A DNA stretch of 62,114 bases, counting the filler, from Sphacelaria rigidula (Eukaryota): the NCBI GenBank assembly GCA_964200075.2. It is 9 parts of 9 records of this genome, joined end to end, with 100 filler letters (N's around TTAATTAATTAA, not from the genome) between each part and the next. Parts side by side here need not be neighbours in the genome. Positions count along the whole stretch, not along the records: positions 6,914 to 13,726 come from CAXNAA020017950.1; positions 13,827 to 20,639 come from CAXNAA020017951.1; positions 20,740 to 27,552 come from CAXNAA020017952.1; 6 more parts are not named here. One strand, given 5' to 3'. The notes under the pieces are model-generated. The model was not told the origin of the DNA and did no database searches. It saw only the letters and a program-made list of their open reading frames with translations. Of the stretch, positions 12,260 through 25,046 are shown in pieces (position 1 is the first letter of the stretch; the number at the start of each line of letters is the position of its first letter). Made by a program: the position numbers and the translations under genes.

Positions 12260-13419
12260 CTGCAAGGCAGGAGAGGGGGGGCAGGGCGGCGGGGGGGCGC
12301 ACTCATTTGTTGCTTGCCTTCGTCGTTTGACCATTGACTACGCATCCCTTTCGAGACGGAGCACAGGGCGGCGGGGGGGGGGGGGGGGGTACTCTTGGTC
12401 TTGCGTGCAGCGGTCATGGGATCATTGGCCCCCCCCCCCCTAACGTGAGTCAGCCCGCCCGGGTTNNNNNNNNNNTTTTTAGTAAATATCCCTTTTTATT
12501 TATATTCGTTTGTCTGATGGTGACGGGGAAGGGGAGGGGAGAGGAGTCAAGGTACTCATGGTCTTGCATGCAGCGGTCATGAGATCATTGACCTCGCCTC
12601 CCTTAACGTGATGCAGCTCGCCAGGTTTTCGCCTCACCAGGCTCGCGATCGTCAAGCACGAAACGCCGTGATGTGTTCGGCGAACCGAATGAGCGGTGAC
12701 TTGCATCGTGCCAAGATTGTTTGACACGAAGCCTACTAATTATCTTGCTATGGGTCACAGCCTTCAACGAGTGGCTTCATCTTCTGCCACCCCCGCTTTC
12801 AGAGACAGCCATGAGTAACGCTGCGTCATGGCTCTCTCGACATTCAAGCACTGCGTAGTACGACAGTCACTCTTTGCGCAGAGGTCAAGCTTTCCACCCC
12901 GCAAAATATGATATGTATCGACCATCATCATGGTTACCGCAAAAGAGAACGTAAGCAACAAGAAGAAGGATCCTCATTTGCCTAGTGTGCATTGTGGGTG
13001 GCGTGTTTTACAGCGTTGTTGCTAACTGGCTTCAACACTTCAAAGGGTGGGGCAGGGGTCAAGGGTAGCGACACGAACCGAAGAGACAAAAAACATCGGT
13101 CCAATCTTCAGCAGACCGCACACAGCAAATTGAGCTTGCCCAAAGTTGCGAAAAAACAAAAAATCAGGCATCAGACGAAAGAGTAAGATATTATACACAA
13201 ATGCTCAGGGACCATGATCCGACTGTTGATTTCCACGCGGCCTGGTTACCCCCAAAATTCCTCCAGAGCAGTCATTCTTTCGAGCCTCCAGAGGACTTCA
13301 ACGCCCCAAAAGGTCACCTATCCCTCTGGAGGCATTTTTCGACCCTCAAGTTCCTCCGGAGAGGTGCGCCGCCCTCCAAAGAGGTAGTTTATGATTTCAG
13401 GGCGGGGGGAAGGTGGGAA

Positions 13420-13726
13420 GGGGGTATACTCATGATTATGCATGCCATAGTCATAAGATCATCGACCTCGCATCCCTACAAAGCCGGGACGGAGCACGCC
13501 GGGTTTTCGCCGGACCAGGCTCGAACTCAATCACCAAGAGCCGTGGTGTGTTCGGCGAGTCGCATAAAGGGTGAGCTGCATCCTGCGAAGACTGTTCGGC
13601 CAAAAGCCTACTGATCATCTTGCATTTGGATGACGGCTCACAATGAGTTGCTCTATTATCTAGTATCGCCACTTCCAGAGACAGCCACGGCTTATACACT
13701 GCCTCATGGGTGGCTCACCATGTAAA
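13420..13726 (+). repeat. Abundant dispersed repeat family, non-coding, class unknown
   Basis: gggggtatactcatgattatgcatgccatagtcataag...aagcctactgatcatcttgcatttggatgac recurs at 1-67 (-), about 12550-12840 (+, diverged), 41172-41378 (+), 41479-41590 (-), about 42235-42450 (-, diverged) and 48222-48290 (-). Confidence 0.85.
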
Positions 13727-13861
13727 NNNNNNNNNNNNNNNNNNNNNNNNNNNNNNNNNNNNNNNNNNNNTTAATTAATTAANNNNNNNNNNNNNNNNNN
13801 NNNNNNNNNNNNNNNNNNNNNNNNNNGATAAACGGGGTTCAACGGCCCCCCCCCCCCCCGG

Positions 13862-13892
<31 letters not shown>

Positions 13893-13910
13893 GGGTGTGT
13901 CTCTGCTCAC

Positions 13911-16900
13911 CTATCTTGATAGATGTTGACCTTCGTGATCTCGCAGGCGAAGTGACTCTTGAGTACAATCCTCGATCCGCTGGACAGCCTCTTGACGATG
14001 ACTTGGCTGAGGCTCACGTATGTCAGCTCGAACCGCCCCTTGTACCTCGTCCGCTTCACGCAGGCGTCGTACACGTCGACGGCACCGCAAAGAGAGCCGA
14101 CAGCCAGTCGAGAGCCGTCGGCACGCCAACCCAGCGCGGTGACGGTGTACATGTTTTCCACACGGCGTTTTCCGGCCTCCTCCCAGATCCCCGCCCTTGA
14201 TTGGTTGATTCGATTCGATTGATGTGCTGGTTGGTTTGGTAGAGTGTCGAGCTCATCGATATCAAAAGAAGACGAGATTGATGGCAGCGTTTTCAGGTTA
14301 AAAGCGTTCGACGGAACCGTACCTGCCACCACGCGAGCTGTTGCAAGCGTACTGCTCTTTCCATATTTATGCGATTTTTATGTTTACACCGTTCACGTGC
14401 CTCGAACCTACTAGCTTCGTTTGTTCACCATCGTCAATAGATATGTCGTTAATTCGCATCCCTGTGGTTCACGTGAAAAAAAAACGGTCGTGTTATTTTC
14501 CGGGAGATTAATTTCAAGTGCGTTGAAGTGAACGCGCAATATCGGTGGGTCAGACGTGCTCGAGCTCGTTCTCGGTTCGCTTCGTGTAGTTTGATGTCTT
14601 CTGCGAGGTGACTGATATAGAATTTCCCTGCCGGAGTAACCCCCGGTGTGACATCAACAACTCCAGGGGGGGATAATAAAAAAAGAGATTTCGGACGATT
14701 CATCCGGAGATCATCTGCGGGAGCGTAAAAATCAATCGTTCACAATACCGCTCCAAGAAACCCTCCCGCAACGATAAATTGTTCATGTAGGCACAAAATG
14801 AGAGCGTCAAATACGGTTGGATATGGGTTAACCGTACGTAGCACAACTCACCCAGCCTACACACAACACTGGGCAAGGCACATAATTGTCGCTGAAAACT
14901 TCAAGGACCCCCCCCCCACCCCTCCCTTCGCGTACTCGCAAGTACGTTAACTACACAATACATTATGCCGGCACCATGCGTCCATTGCATACCCACCTGC
15001 GGTTGTGGGCGAAGACATGAAAGCTGTCGTAATTGCCCAACACCACGGCGTCGCCGGTGGGATTAAAAGATGCCGACGTGAACTCACGGCAAGATGGGTC
15101 TGAGGAGTAGTCAAACGTGCGCTCCATTCCGCCGTCGACGTCGTAAAACATCACCTTATGACCAAGACAAAGTCACCAGAAGCAACGCACAAATGGCGGA
15201 GATTTTGACTGATAATAAATCGTTATTGTAACCAGGTGAAGGAGCGGTGTGTGTGAAAGCGAAGGCACCCCGTAAATACGCATACCGCATGGCGTGAGGA
15301 CTACACCGGAAGCGCTCTCGTTGCAACGATCTTGACGGTTCTGAAATCTCAATTTGAAATGTTGTTTTTTACTTCGAATTTGACATCATTCTCGTCCGCT
15401 CCTCCCGTCCTACGATATCAGCCCAATAGTGCGTATAAGATCCAAGAGGTTGGTCGCCATGTGGTACAGTAGTATCACGCCTCGGGCGCACCATGTTCGC
15501 GCGCTCTGAGAAGAGTATTCTTGAGTAAACTGCTATCGAGGAGTGCTCGTGCTATCGACGGTAAAGAGATGGCCTCAGGAGGGTTTATCACGAGCCCGAA
15601 AGTGGGGAATAGGCACGGCCTCAATAGTGGAGAACAGACACGGCCTCAATATCCCCACCTTATTATCACAAGCCTGTTGTTTCATAGGATATCCGCGCCA
15701 TTCATGATGATTGCATACCCGCGTGTCGGTGTGATATATTCACCTCCCATAGGCCCACAAAATGCTTTTTCCTACTCACCTGACCATCATTGCCTGCAGC
15801 CACTATGCTGATTCCCCAGCTCAACGCATACGGTACCGAGGGATGTATAGCGAGCTTGGTATGCGAAGGAACGCCTGGCCGAGTACGGTAAGCAAACGCG
15901 TGAGTCGAAGGTCGACCATGTCGTGCAAGAAGCAATTTAGGGAGGACGTCGATTCCTTTGAGGGGGTTGCGCGCGCACAGGTGGAACTCAAAGTGTTCTC
16001 GGGTAGTCAAGTGGGACACGGTGATCTGTAGCGGCAAACCACGCGTATGACGATAACTGACAAAGCGACCAGCAACGAAACCTTGTGAGACATTTGTTGG
16101 AACATTTCCCTTCTGTCTGCTAGTATCCACATCAGATCACCCTTCCCCTCCTTTATGAGTCTCTTCGTGTGCTTTTTAGCGAGAAGAGGCCTTGAAAGGT
16201 AATGTATTCACCAGCTGGCGGTGGGGATAGTCACGCGCCTTTTCTTCACATATTTCCGTGTGTGTTGAGTCGCGAAACCAACCATCTCCGCAAGAATCTT
16301 GTGCGTGAAGGGATTCTACGGTAGAAGTATACTTTTCAAGTCCACAGGTTTTCTGAGGCTAAGCCATGCTACGATAGGGGGGAGGGGGGTTCGATTATAC
16401 GAGGAAAATGTGCTCGTAGATGCGTCAAACGACCTAAAACACTCGAGGTGCGCTTGTATTTGGGTAAAAGTGGTGTAAAGTAGTATGAACGTTCGGTTTT
16501 TATCGGGGGCAAGCGCGTTCGAATAATTGCCGGCTGCTTTCAACGACGATCGAAGTGGAATTTCGTGGAAGAAAATGGCCCAAAATACCCTCCCCCTCCC
16601 CCCCTATCGTAGCATGACTCGGCTGCACACTGAGGCCAAGATGTTTGTCATCGAGAGGCTCCGACAGGGCAGAGCCTCAGAGAAAAAATGCGCACCCTTT
16701 CCGTGGAATCACTCCGTAAGTATGTTTAATCTACTTGCCGAAGCCTCGTCATTCTTCTGAGCACTCACCAACTAATTACTCTTTTGTTGGCAGCTTACTT
16801 TACCTCTGGCTTTTTGTTTATTCGTCGGGTTGATCGCAGTCGGGATTCGAATCCGGGGCGATCTCTTCAGGGAGCATACAGACTCATCTCGTGGTGTCGC

Positions 16901-18819
16901 CACCGTAACAAAGTTATATGAGAGCTAGACAGACACTGAAAAAAGTTCCCCCTTTAATGCGATAGTATCCACAAACTTTCCGATAGGCTAAACATTGAGC
17001 ATATATATGTGTATATATATCGCAGACCTGGAACATGAACCAGGTGTTCCTAGGTATAGTTTGTAGTGCACTCAGAAGTAGCAGCTACTCGACAGCATCG
17101 ACATGCGTCGTCGATTACCTACGAATGCTATCGACTGTGAACCCGCAACACCCGCCTCGTTCGCCTCTACAGTATGCCATACCCATTGCTTGAAAAAACT
17201 TTTATGGACTTGAAAATGAACAAGACGAGCGCTTCACTACTGCGCGCACACAACGTAAACTCTTGAGCGAGTGTCACCACCGTCCCTAGAATAGAGATCC
17301 CAGTCAAACAAGAGGTGCAGTAGCGGGGTGATGCAAGCGTACTACTGGGTACACGCACCGTTATCATCGAAGAGAAATCGGTACAGGTTCCCATCCGTAT
17401 GCGCAGAGACTACTCCATTTCCATCCGGGCTCGCAGCCATGGCTGTGCAATAGCTGTCCACACTGTACAGCGTGGCTGGCTTGTTCGACTTGAGTTGACC
17501 CATTTTGACCTTACCCTCGGCCAATCCGTACACCAGCTCGTTGGGTCTGGCTTCCGGCCACGCCATGCAGGTTATAGGGCTCGGCTGCGGGAACTTGTTG
17601 CATATGCTCTTATTCTTTGTTGCGAGCGGTGATAGGGAGGAAAGAAGGGGAGGGGAGGGTACCGCGGACGAGACGTTATTCACGACTAGACCATGACTTC
17701 TTTCGGCTGACCCCTAGTGTTCGTCTTGAACGATGGAACATGCTTCGCGTATCCATCAGTCAGTGACTGACAAGTGCGGTTCGGGTAACGACGTACACGG
17801 TGTGCATGAGAGACTCAGACTGACGAGTCATGCAGAGGCAATCCATTTCCGTGGGACGTGCTCATACACGCTGCAGCTAGGGCCTGGGTACTACTGACCT
17901 CGCCCCACTCTAACCCAAGCTTGTAGACGAACACGATACAGTCGCTCTGCGCCACCGCGAGCTTTGTGCTGTCCGGGCTGAAACACAGCGCCCTGACGAT
18001 GTAGTTCTTGGGGCCCTTGTCGGCGGGTTTGGTGGAAAACTTATCTCGCTTTTCGAAGTTCTCATCATACAGAGTCACCACGCGATCCGCCTGAGACAGT
18101 ATCGGTAATGGACCAACGGGAATAGGGTATACTACGTAACATTCAGTTTTTACGTCGCATAGCGGGTCAGAAGTACTACCAGTAGACGTGGCTTGCATGC
18201 ATTCTCTGTTGCTAACGACTTCACTGTCTGGTTTCGCCGTCTGCATCCGCGAAAACGAAAAAATGGCATTTAATCCCATATTACGAGGCGCCATGCAGTA
18301 CTCGACGTGCGCGCGCGGGATGACATCCCATGCTGCGACATGATCCTTGTTTCTACATGAAATCGACTGGAGCAAGGACCACAGCGGGCGCGAACCCAAC
18401 TCGTCTCAACGACACCGTGTACACAGCTTGTAGGTACATGAGGCAGGCAGGAGAGAATTGCTATAGATCGCTATACGTGTGGGCAGCACTCTATCGTTTC
18501 ATCACCTTGCCCATGTCAGTTGACTACACGAGGGCGCTAAAATACTCTTACTGTTCGAAACTTGTACGCCCGAAACGTACTGTAGTCCCGCGGCCGTAGG
18601 CGCATCACCTTGCTTGATCGCTACCGCTTAACCACAGCATCATCCGTCGATAATTCATTACTGCCCAAGGAAACCAGCTGCACTACATGCACTCACCGTA
18701 CACACCGCAAGCTTGCGGTTATTAGAAGACCACGCTACCGCCATGATCTTGGCCATCCGCGGTCCACCATTGTCGCCACTTGCGGGCTGCACGACCGTGC
18801 TCAAGTGCCTGAGCTGCAT
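13911..18819 (-). CDS. IFT172: Intraflagellar transport protein 172, 5' part (WD40 region)
   Basis: Six in-phase exons: 18697-18819 (MQLRHLSTV...[13 protein letters not shown]), 17899-18090 ([23 protein letters not shown]...YKLGLEWGE), 17359-17614 ([10 protein letters not shown]...), 15780-15874 ([11 protein letters not shown]...AAGNDGQ), 14997-15154 and 13911-14195 ([10 protein letters not shown]...[18 protein letters not shown]). These are recognisable IFT172 signatures. The gene runs off the contig. Confidence 0.96.
16358..16623. mobile_element. MITE-like element in an IFT172 intron
   Basis: About 30-bp imperfect inverted ends, gctaagccatgctacgataggggggagggg and cccctccccccctatcgtagcatgactcggc. 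A similar end occurs near 41890-41920. Confidence 0.6.
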
Positions 18820-20306
18820 CGTTACCGCGTACAGCACCTTTCGAGTGCGACGCCTCGGAGGCTCCCCTAGGGAGTATGAAAAAAAGAAATTGTCCCTGCC
18901 AACAAAACGTGCTTGCACTATGCACAAGACTGGTGGGGGGCTCGTGCTGCGTGGCTGTTGCTACAACGCCATGCCTGGGAAATCAAATGTCGCTCGCTGG
19001 CCGTTGGCTTCGGCAGGATGATCCACTAATGCAGCCTGCGGGAAGGATCCAACACAGACACATGATCGAAAACTGCACTGTTGTACAGTCGTACAACAGT
19101 ACAGTACTGTGACAGCACAGCGTGTGATGGTCATGCAAAGAATCAAGATGGGTCACAAGGATCTTTGAAAAATATAAATTTCGTGGGAAATAAGTATCGC
19201 CCAGATCGTCTGCGGCGTGGTTGCACACCACACGATCACGTGAAGGAGGACACAAGCCAGCACCTCCGCCAGGATATTGCACAGACGTGCCTGAGAATAA
19301 GCATCCACTATTCCATTGCAACAGCATTGCAGCTGCATAAACGCCTCGCACAACCAACACCCACGCTTCGTCTCAACCTCGCCCGCGATCTTTTTCTATG
19401 TGCGACTTTGTCGAGAGCCACATACTCTGATATCAGCGCAACTCCGAATACACACGGCTGTACATCAGTCAAGACCACCTTACCTAAATAGCACAACGTA
19501 TAAGCAGAGAGGACTGGCTGCTCAATCCCTAGATCTCCAAGTCGCTCGGCAGACAAACGGAAGCACGATCCGGTGCTTGGCTCCTCCTTTAGAAGAGGAT
19601 AAGGAGATCCAAGTATTTTTTATTATGACAGGTTGGTACCCCTGGTCATAATACCACCACCCTGATCACAGCTAATACCAACCAACCGACGGATCTGCGG
19701 ATTCGACCTTTTGTTTGGCAGGTACTGGATGGGTTGGTTCGGTGTTTCGTATCTGCACGTCATGACTCACATCCGAGCGGCGAAAGGAGGGAAATGCAGT
19801 TCCCCCGTGCACATGACACTTCTTTGTTTGCGCGAAGGAACCAGTACCGAATAGTTTTCTCGTGACCCGTGACATGTTGTGCGGGTGAGTAATAATCGTG
19901 TGTGTAATAATAATAGTGATTGTCAAATTCGGAACAATTAAATAATGGACTTTTATAGAGCAAAAAGGTACACCTTCTACAGTGCCCGTGTGCTGGGCGA
20001 AGGCAGGTTCGGGACGAGTACAGTATGAAGAAACTGTGTTGTGGTGGGGTGCTCGGTATATGTCGCAATATACGAGTAACTCAGGGACTTCGTGTGTTCG
20101 CGCGCGATGCATTGAAGAAAGCATGCATGTGGAGGCAGCGAAAAACAGAGGGGACTCTCATGACCACAGGACTCGTTCCAAGGAAGGGAGGGAGTTGAAA
20201 GTGATAAAGAACACACACATGTACTTCGAAGTATATATACTGGCATACAAAAAATATAATATACGAGCTGGGCCAGCCTAGAGGCGGATTTGAAGTTTGC
20301 AGGCCC

Positions 20307-20542
20307 ATGCGCCGGCCAATATTTAGAGTTGGAGCGTAAAAATTGTTATAGACAAAAAATACGTCAGTACCAAACGTTTTTTTATTTTATTTAAGGGCAT
20401 TTACCGATACCTGAAAACTGATTATTGCCCTTACCTCATTAAAACATATATATATGTATAATACCGACGTTTTTTTTCAACTCTCTACATGCATCGTCCA
20501 TACCAAACTTTACGCTCCAACTCTAAATATTGGCCGGCGCAT
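20307..20542. mobile_element. MITE with perfect 34-bp TIRs
   Basis: atgcgccggccaatatttagagttggagcgtaaa (20307-20340) is the exact reverse complement of 20509-20542. Confidence 0.8.
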
Positions 20543-20839
20543 TCGCGTTTTGAAAACCGGGTTGAACAGTGTTTTCGTGAGATTGAGAGTAGATGATACA
20601 ATTGAGAGTGAAAAGCGGTCAATCAGTGAATGAACCAGANNNNNNNNNNNNNNNNNNNNNNNNNNNNNNNNNNNNNNNNNNNNTTAATTAATTAANNNNN
20701 NNNNNNNNNNNNNNNNNNNNNNNNNNNNNNNNNNNNNNNACACCCCCAAGATGCAAGGCCGTCACCAAAATGTCGAAACCCTTCGCAACTCGTGAGGAAT
20801 GATGCACAAAAAAAAGCCAGAATATGCGCAAAAACAAAA

Positions 20840-20909
20840 TGGTCGTGTCGGGATTGAACTCGTGAACTCTATAATGAAAGACGGTACTACCAGTTTGGCC
20901 ACCGGGTGC
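20840..20909 (-). mobile_element. tRNA-like SINE head
   Basis: The minus strand reads gcacccggtggccaaactggtag...gagttcaatcccg, with A-box/B-box spacing but no proper cloverleaf. Confidence 0.45.
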
Positions 20910-20933
20910 CAGACGAAAAAGTGGATTCTGGGA

Positions 20934-21179
20934 GTAATTCGAAGAGTTGGGCGCTGAAATTTTGACACAACATGTTTATTATCAATCACTACGCACAACA
21001 GTTCTCGAGGTGCATCCGTTTTTTTTTCACGGTGATGACATTTTTATAGTTTTTACAAAAACTTCAAATCGCTCTAACTTCCTGTTTTTTTTTTTTTGCG
21101 AATGCACCTCAACAAATGTTGTGCGGAGTGATGATACAAATGTTGTGTCAAAATTTCAGTGCCTAACTCTTCAAATTAC
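20934..21179. mobile_element. MITE with about 85-bp imperfect TIRs
   Basis: gtaattcgaagagttgggcgctgaaattttgacacaacat... pairs with ...atgttgtgtcaaaatttcagtgcctaactcttcaaattac. Confidence 0.75.
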
Positions 21180-22869
21180 CCACAGCATCGCCGAAATACA
21201 TTTAAAAATCACTCTCAGCTGGCCCAGCCTGTATCAAGAAAAAAGCAGCCCCCCGCCAGCGGCAGGACTAAACGAAAACAAGAAACAAAAAAGAGAGGCA
21301 CAGCAAACCTGAACAAGACCCACGAAACACAAGGTGAAATGGAGTACCATCCAAATAAGCAACTTTAAACAGTCTGATTCCTTCTCAATTATATGGAGGC
21401 GGTACTTTTGGAGATTAGGCGCCCCAACGCAGTACACCTAGCGTCTGATGGTACTGAAACTTGACGTACGTGTGGGCTGAAGCCGCAGGTAGGTGTTGAC
21501 GTCGCAGTTTCGGCGACTCAAGGCGTTTTGTGCGCTCCGTGGCTTGAAAGGATGATTATGCACGATGCTGCGGTGGTTCCGAAAACAAGAACACTTTCTG
21601 ATGACAATTCTTGAGGATGATAATATGGAATCCGCGCGGAGGCAGGCGTAGATCTTGCCATCCTCATTATTTACATCGCCCCCCTGTTGGTCGAGGCTGG
21701 CACCAAGGCGGGAAATAACGACCAGTTGAGGTTCTCCATATGTTTTGTACGCCTTGCCCTTGAGTTTTATACGCCTTGCCGAGCAAGACGCGGCCGCACA
21801 ACGCAGTCAAAGAGAAGAGTGTCTTCTGTCAAGGAGTACTGCAGACCTGTTTGGGCAGGGGGCAACGTTTTCTCCCTCACAGGGCCAGACGTGGCATGGC
21901 GGTCACCACGACGGTCTGAGAATGACAGGGGCAGTTGCTGTAGTTCTCTTCAATCAGAATCAACCGGATATTCTTCGATTGTATGCTCCCACGTGAAGAT
22001 ATTTACCTTTCTCTGGCAGGCGCGTGATTGCCCTTTCGTGAGCTTTCACTTGCTTACAGAACAGGACGTTGGGGCAAGTGCGAGTTTCAAATTGAAATAT
22101 TTCCACGGATGGATCGCGGGTGTTCTAGCACTGTCGAGGTGTAGTTCGCATCACACAGTCAGTACTACAGAACTAGTTGTACCGGCACTAGGAGCACACA
22201 GTAGAGAGTTTCGGGAAACGCTTTTTTGCCATTTCAGAGTGCAAATATCTCAGGATCAGAGTGGAACGAAAAATTATTTCCCCCTCCGTCGAATGTGGTA
22301 TCTCCCCAAATATTTTTCGATGAGGTGTTTTTTTTTATTCTGAACTCTGATCCTGAGATGTTTGCGCTTTGAACTTACAAAAAAGCGTTTTCCGAAACTC
22401 TGGTGTTTGCGTCGTCGGGTATTGCCGTGCGCGGATACATATCGTGCATTAAACTCCCCCTTCTTTCCCAGTGATACACATCCTTCACCATCCGGCTGCC
22501 AAACGCGCGATGGCTGGTCTGTAGCGCCAGGTATCCGTGCTGATGTGCGGACCTCCCTTCCAAGAGCGTCTACCCCTCTAGTCTCAGCATATTTTGGGCC
22601 TTGAAGCATGACTGTCTCCAATCGACGCCGAGGATGATGAATTGTAATTTCGGTAAAATGCCTCGACAATATTAAAAATAAAAAACAGTGTAAAGCAGCC
22701 CCGACGGCTCAAAAGCGTAAGAGAAACAATGTATAGTGCGAAGGCAGAACACACAGGAGTGAAACTGGAGGGTCACGCGGGTAGAAGGCCTTGATGAAGG
22801 GAGATCAGAATGAATAGTGCGTTTTGTATTTATTTTTTTCCCCTCACACTTTGAAACTCCTCCCCTCCA

Positions 22870-23126
22870 TGAGTCCGTGGTCTCTAGAGATCAACTTATC
22901 TCTCCCCCGGTATGCGCCCTTCATTTTGGACTCGCGGACTGGGTCAGCACTCCTGCACCGCGTCAACTCACGTCACACAAACCCAGTCGACTACTTTGTT
23001 TACTCACGTTCACGCTTTCCACGGTGGAAATCAATCAATTACGAAGAAGAAACTCAACGCATCGGGAATCGAACCCCGTTCTCTCCACCCTAATGGCGAT
23101 AGCTGGACCACTACACCACCGGGGCG
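22870..23126 (-). mobile_element. tRNA-derived SINE (head and body)
   Basis: The minus-strand head cgccccggtggtgtagtggtcc...ggggttcgattcccg has A and B boxes. The tail motif ccgggggagagataagttgatctctagagaccacggac is shared with about 6300-6340 and about 2078-2120. Confidence 0.6.
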
Positions 23127-23843
23127 CGGCGGCTATAGTATACACCCGTGAAAATGCGTTCAACCCCTCACCACATAAAACTACACACGGCTTCATCGAT
23201 TCCCCGCCAAATCAATAACAGCACGTCCAAATTGTCCAACAACAATGACGCTCTCCAGCACAGCTTGCAGATGGCATGTATCTGGAGGTTCATTTTGACA
23301 TATAATTTGACGTGCGCCCGGTGGAATGCGGTGGCTCCGACCGGCTGTGACTTCTGCGCCTTGGTCTTCAGCATTTTCGCTTTCTACGTGCGTGGTGTCT
23401 CCCTTGGCTGAGGTTACCTCTCAGCAGTAGCCTCAGCGCGGGGCTTGACTCGCACCGAGTCAGAGTTGATCGAGTTCTCGGCAGGTACATCTTCAGACCC
23501 GCCACCGGGACCTGCAGCGGGTTAGCTGCTGGTGAAAAGAAAAGTCATCCATCGTTCTGATGATCCCCCCACTTTTCCTTTACGTGTGTGGGTGCCTCTC
23601 TCTCTCTCTCTCTCTCTCCTCATGCGGCGCGAATACATGGGTCTCCGGTGGTTTGTGAGGCGTTATAAAAGACGTACGCACGGTGCGCAATGTACTGGTC
23701 TACTGGCAGCCCTCTCGACCAGTTCCGCAACTGGCAGTTCCTGGGAACTGGTAGTACATACTGGTTCGATACCCAACCCCAGCTCTTTGTTTATGGGTTT
23801 CACACTCGTCTTTTCATCGCGTGCACAAATTGAATGCATTCAG

Positions 23844-25046
23844 GTCATGCAAGAGCAGAAGAACTCTCAATTATCGAATCTGGCGCAAAAGCGGCGATCG
23901 TCGGTCAGCGAGCTGGCCGCCTATCTGCACGACATGCTAGAAGACGGAGAGTCGAACCGCATGGTACCGACCCACCCGGGCTGGCTGCTGAATGTTCCCA
24001 CTTCACAAGGCAGCGGCAGCTCCGACGACTTTCACTCGGGCGGCGGCAGAGACGGGATCGGTAACGGTGCTACGGCACCCCGAGTGACCTTCAAAAGGAC
24101 CCACGGCGGCGATGGTAATGAGGGCTACACAGGTGCGGCGGAGGACAGGGCAGAGAGCGGCGTTTCTATGACCGGAGCCGACGCGGGCTTCGCGAAGCGG
24201 GTCAAGGGTTCCCCGCTGTCGGCGCCGGCGTCAACGACGCCCACCGATGGGGGCGCGGCGGGGGCGATCGAAGACGTCGCGAAGCCACCGGGCCTCACAA
24301 CTAAGACGTCGGCGCGGAGATTGTCGGAAACGGGTAGGATAGGCGTTGGCGCAAGTCCTACCGTTGTGCAGGCGCTCACCTGTCTTGCCAGCGGGCTGGC
24401 CAACAGCTCCAGCTCCAGTGATTCTGAGGGCGAAGGGAACGGGGAGCAGCCGGTCGCTGGGCCAGCCGGAGCGGGCGGGGGAGGGGAGGGTATTGGTAGA
24501 TCGCCGTGGAGCCCTACCGCTTCGTCTTCTGTGGCGACGCCGGCGCCTGCGACGTGTAATGATACGTCGGTGCGCTCCGGGAGGAGCGGGGGCAAAATGG
24601 AGGTTTCGGTTAAAGTGGAAAAAGAAGAAGGGGCAGGAGGTGCTACGGAAGGAGGTTCTACTGTTGTCGGAGAGGCGGGGAAAGCAGAGGGGGGGGCTGC
24701 TACGGGTGACGGAGGCGGGAGCGGCGAGAAGGAGGGGGATGGGGGGGAACAAAACAAAAATGCGGTGCCCGCGAAGAGAGCTAACCCCATAGCGGACGTT
24801 CTAACCAATTTTTCGCTCGATCGCGCGTTGCAGCAGTTCAAGTCTGACCAGGGTGGGGTGGACTGCGCAGCGGAGAACGATGGAGATGAAGCAGAGGCGG
24901 CGCAGCCTACGATGCGCCAGAGGGCGTCTGTGTATGTTTTGATGCATGCGATCGCCGCGGTGGATACTGCCGGCGGGGATGAGTGGGAAGACGCGGAAGG
25001 CATCTTGGACGGAGAGGAGGCTGCAACCGTCGCCGCTGCTATTTGA
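23844..25046 (+). CDS. Probable terminal exon of an unknown protein (Gly/Ser/Ala/Glu-rich, largely low complexity)
   Basis: About 400 open codons with GC-rich coding composition, following an acceptor (tgcattcag/GTC) and ending at TGA before a T-rich UTR-like region. No family recognised. Confidence 0.7.
   Translation, partial: VMQEQKNSQLSNLAQKRRSSVSELAAYLHDMLEDGESNRMVPTHPGWLLNVPTSQGSGSSDDFHSGGGRDGIGNGATAPRVTFKRTHGGDGNEGYTGAAEDRAESGVSMTGADAGFAKRVKGSPLSAPASTTPTDGGAAGAIEDVAKPPGLTTKTSARRLSETGRIGVGASPTVVQALTCLASGLANSSSSSDSEGEGNGEQPVAGPAGAGGGGEGIGRSPWSPTASSSVATPAPATCNDTSVRSGRSGGKMEVSVKVEKEEGAGGATEGGSTVVGEAGKAEGGAATGDGGGSGEKEGDGGEQNKNAVPAKRANPIADVLTNFSLDRALQQFKSDQGGVDCAAENDGDEAEAAQPTMRQRASVYVLMHAIAAVDTAGGDEWEDAEGILDGEEAATVAAAI

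Noticed and set aside
22380-22640. Possible degenerate LINE (RTE-like) 3' coding remnant on the minus strand
   Set aside because: Only a vague resemblance across frameshifts, which I cannot support without a search.
23055-23126. Possible tRNA gene
   Set aside because: A and B boxes are present, but the acceptor and anticodon stems do not pair convincingly. Treated as a SINE head.
24125-25003. 292-aa minus-strand ORF
   Set aside because: It is the antisense shadow of the GC-rich plus-strand exon.
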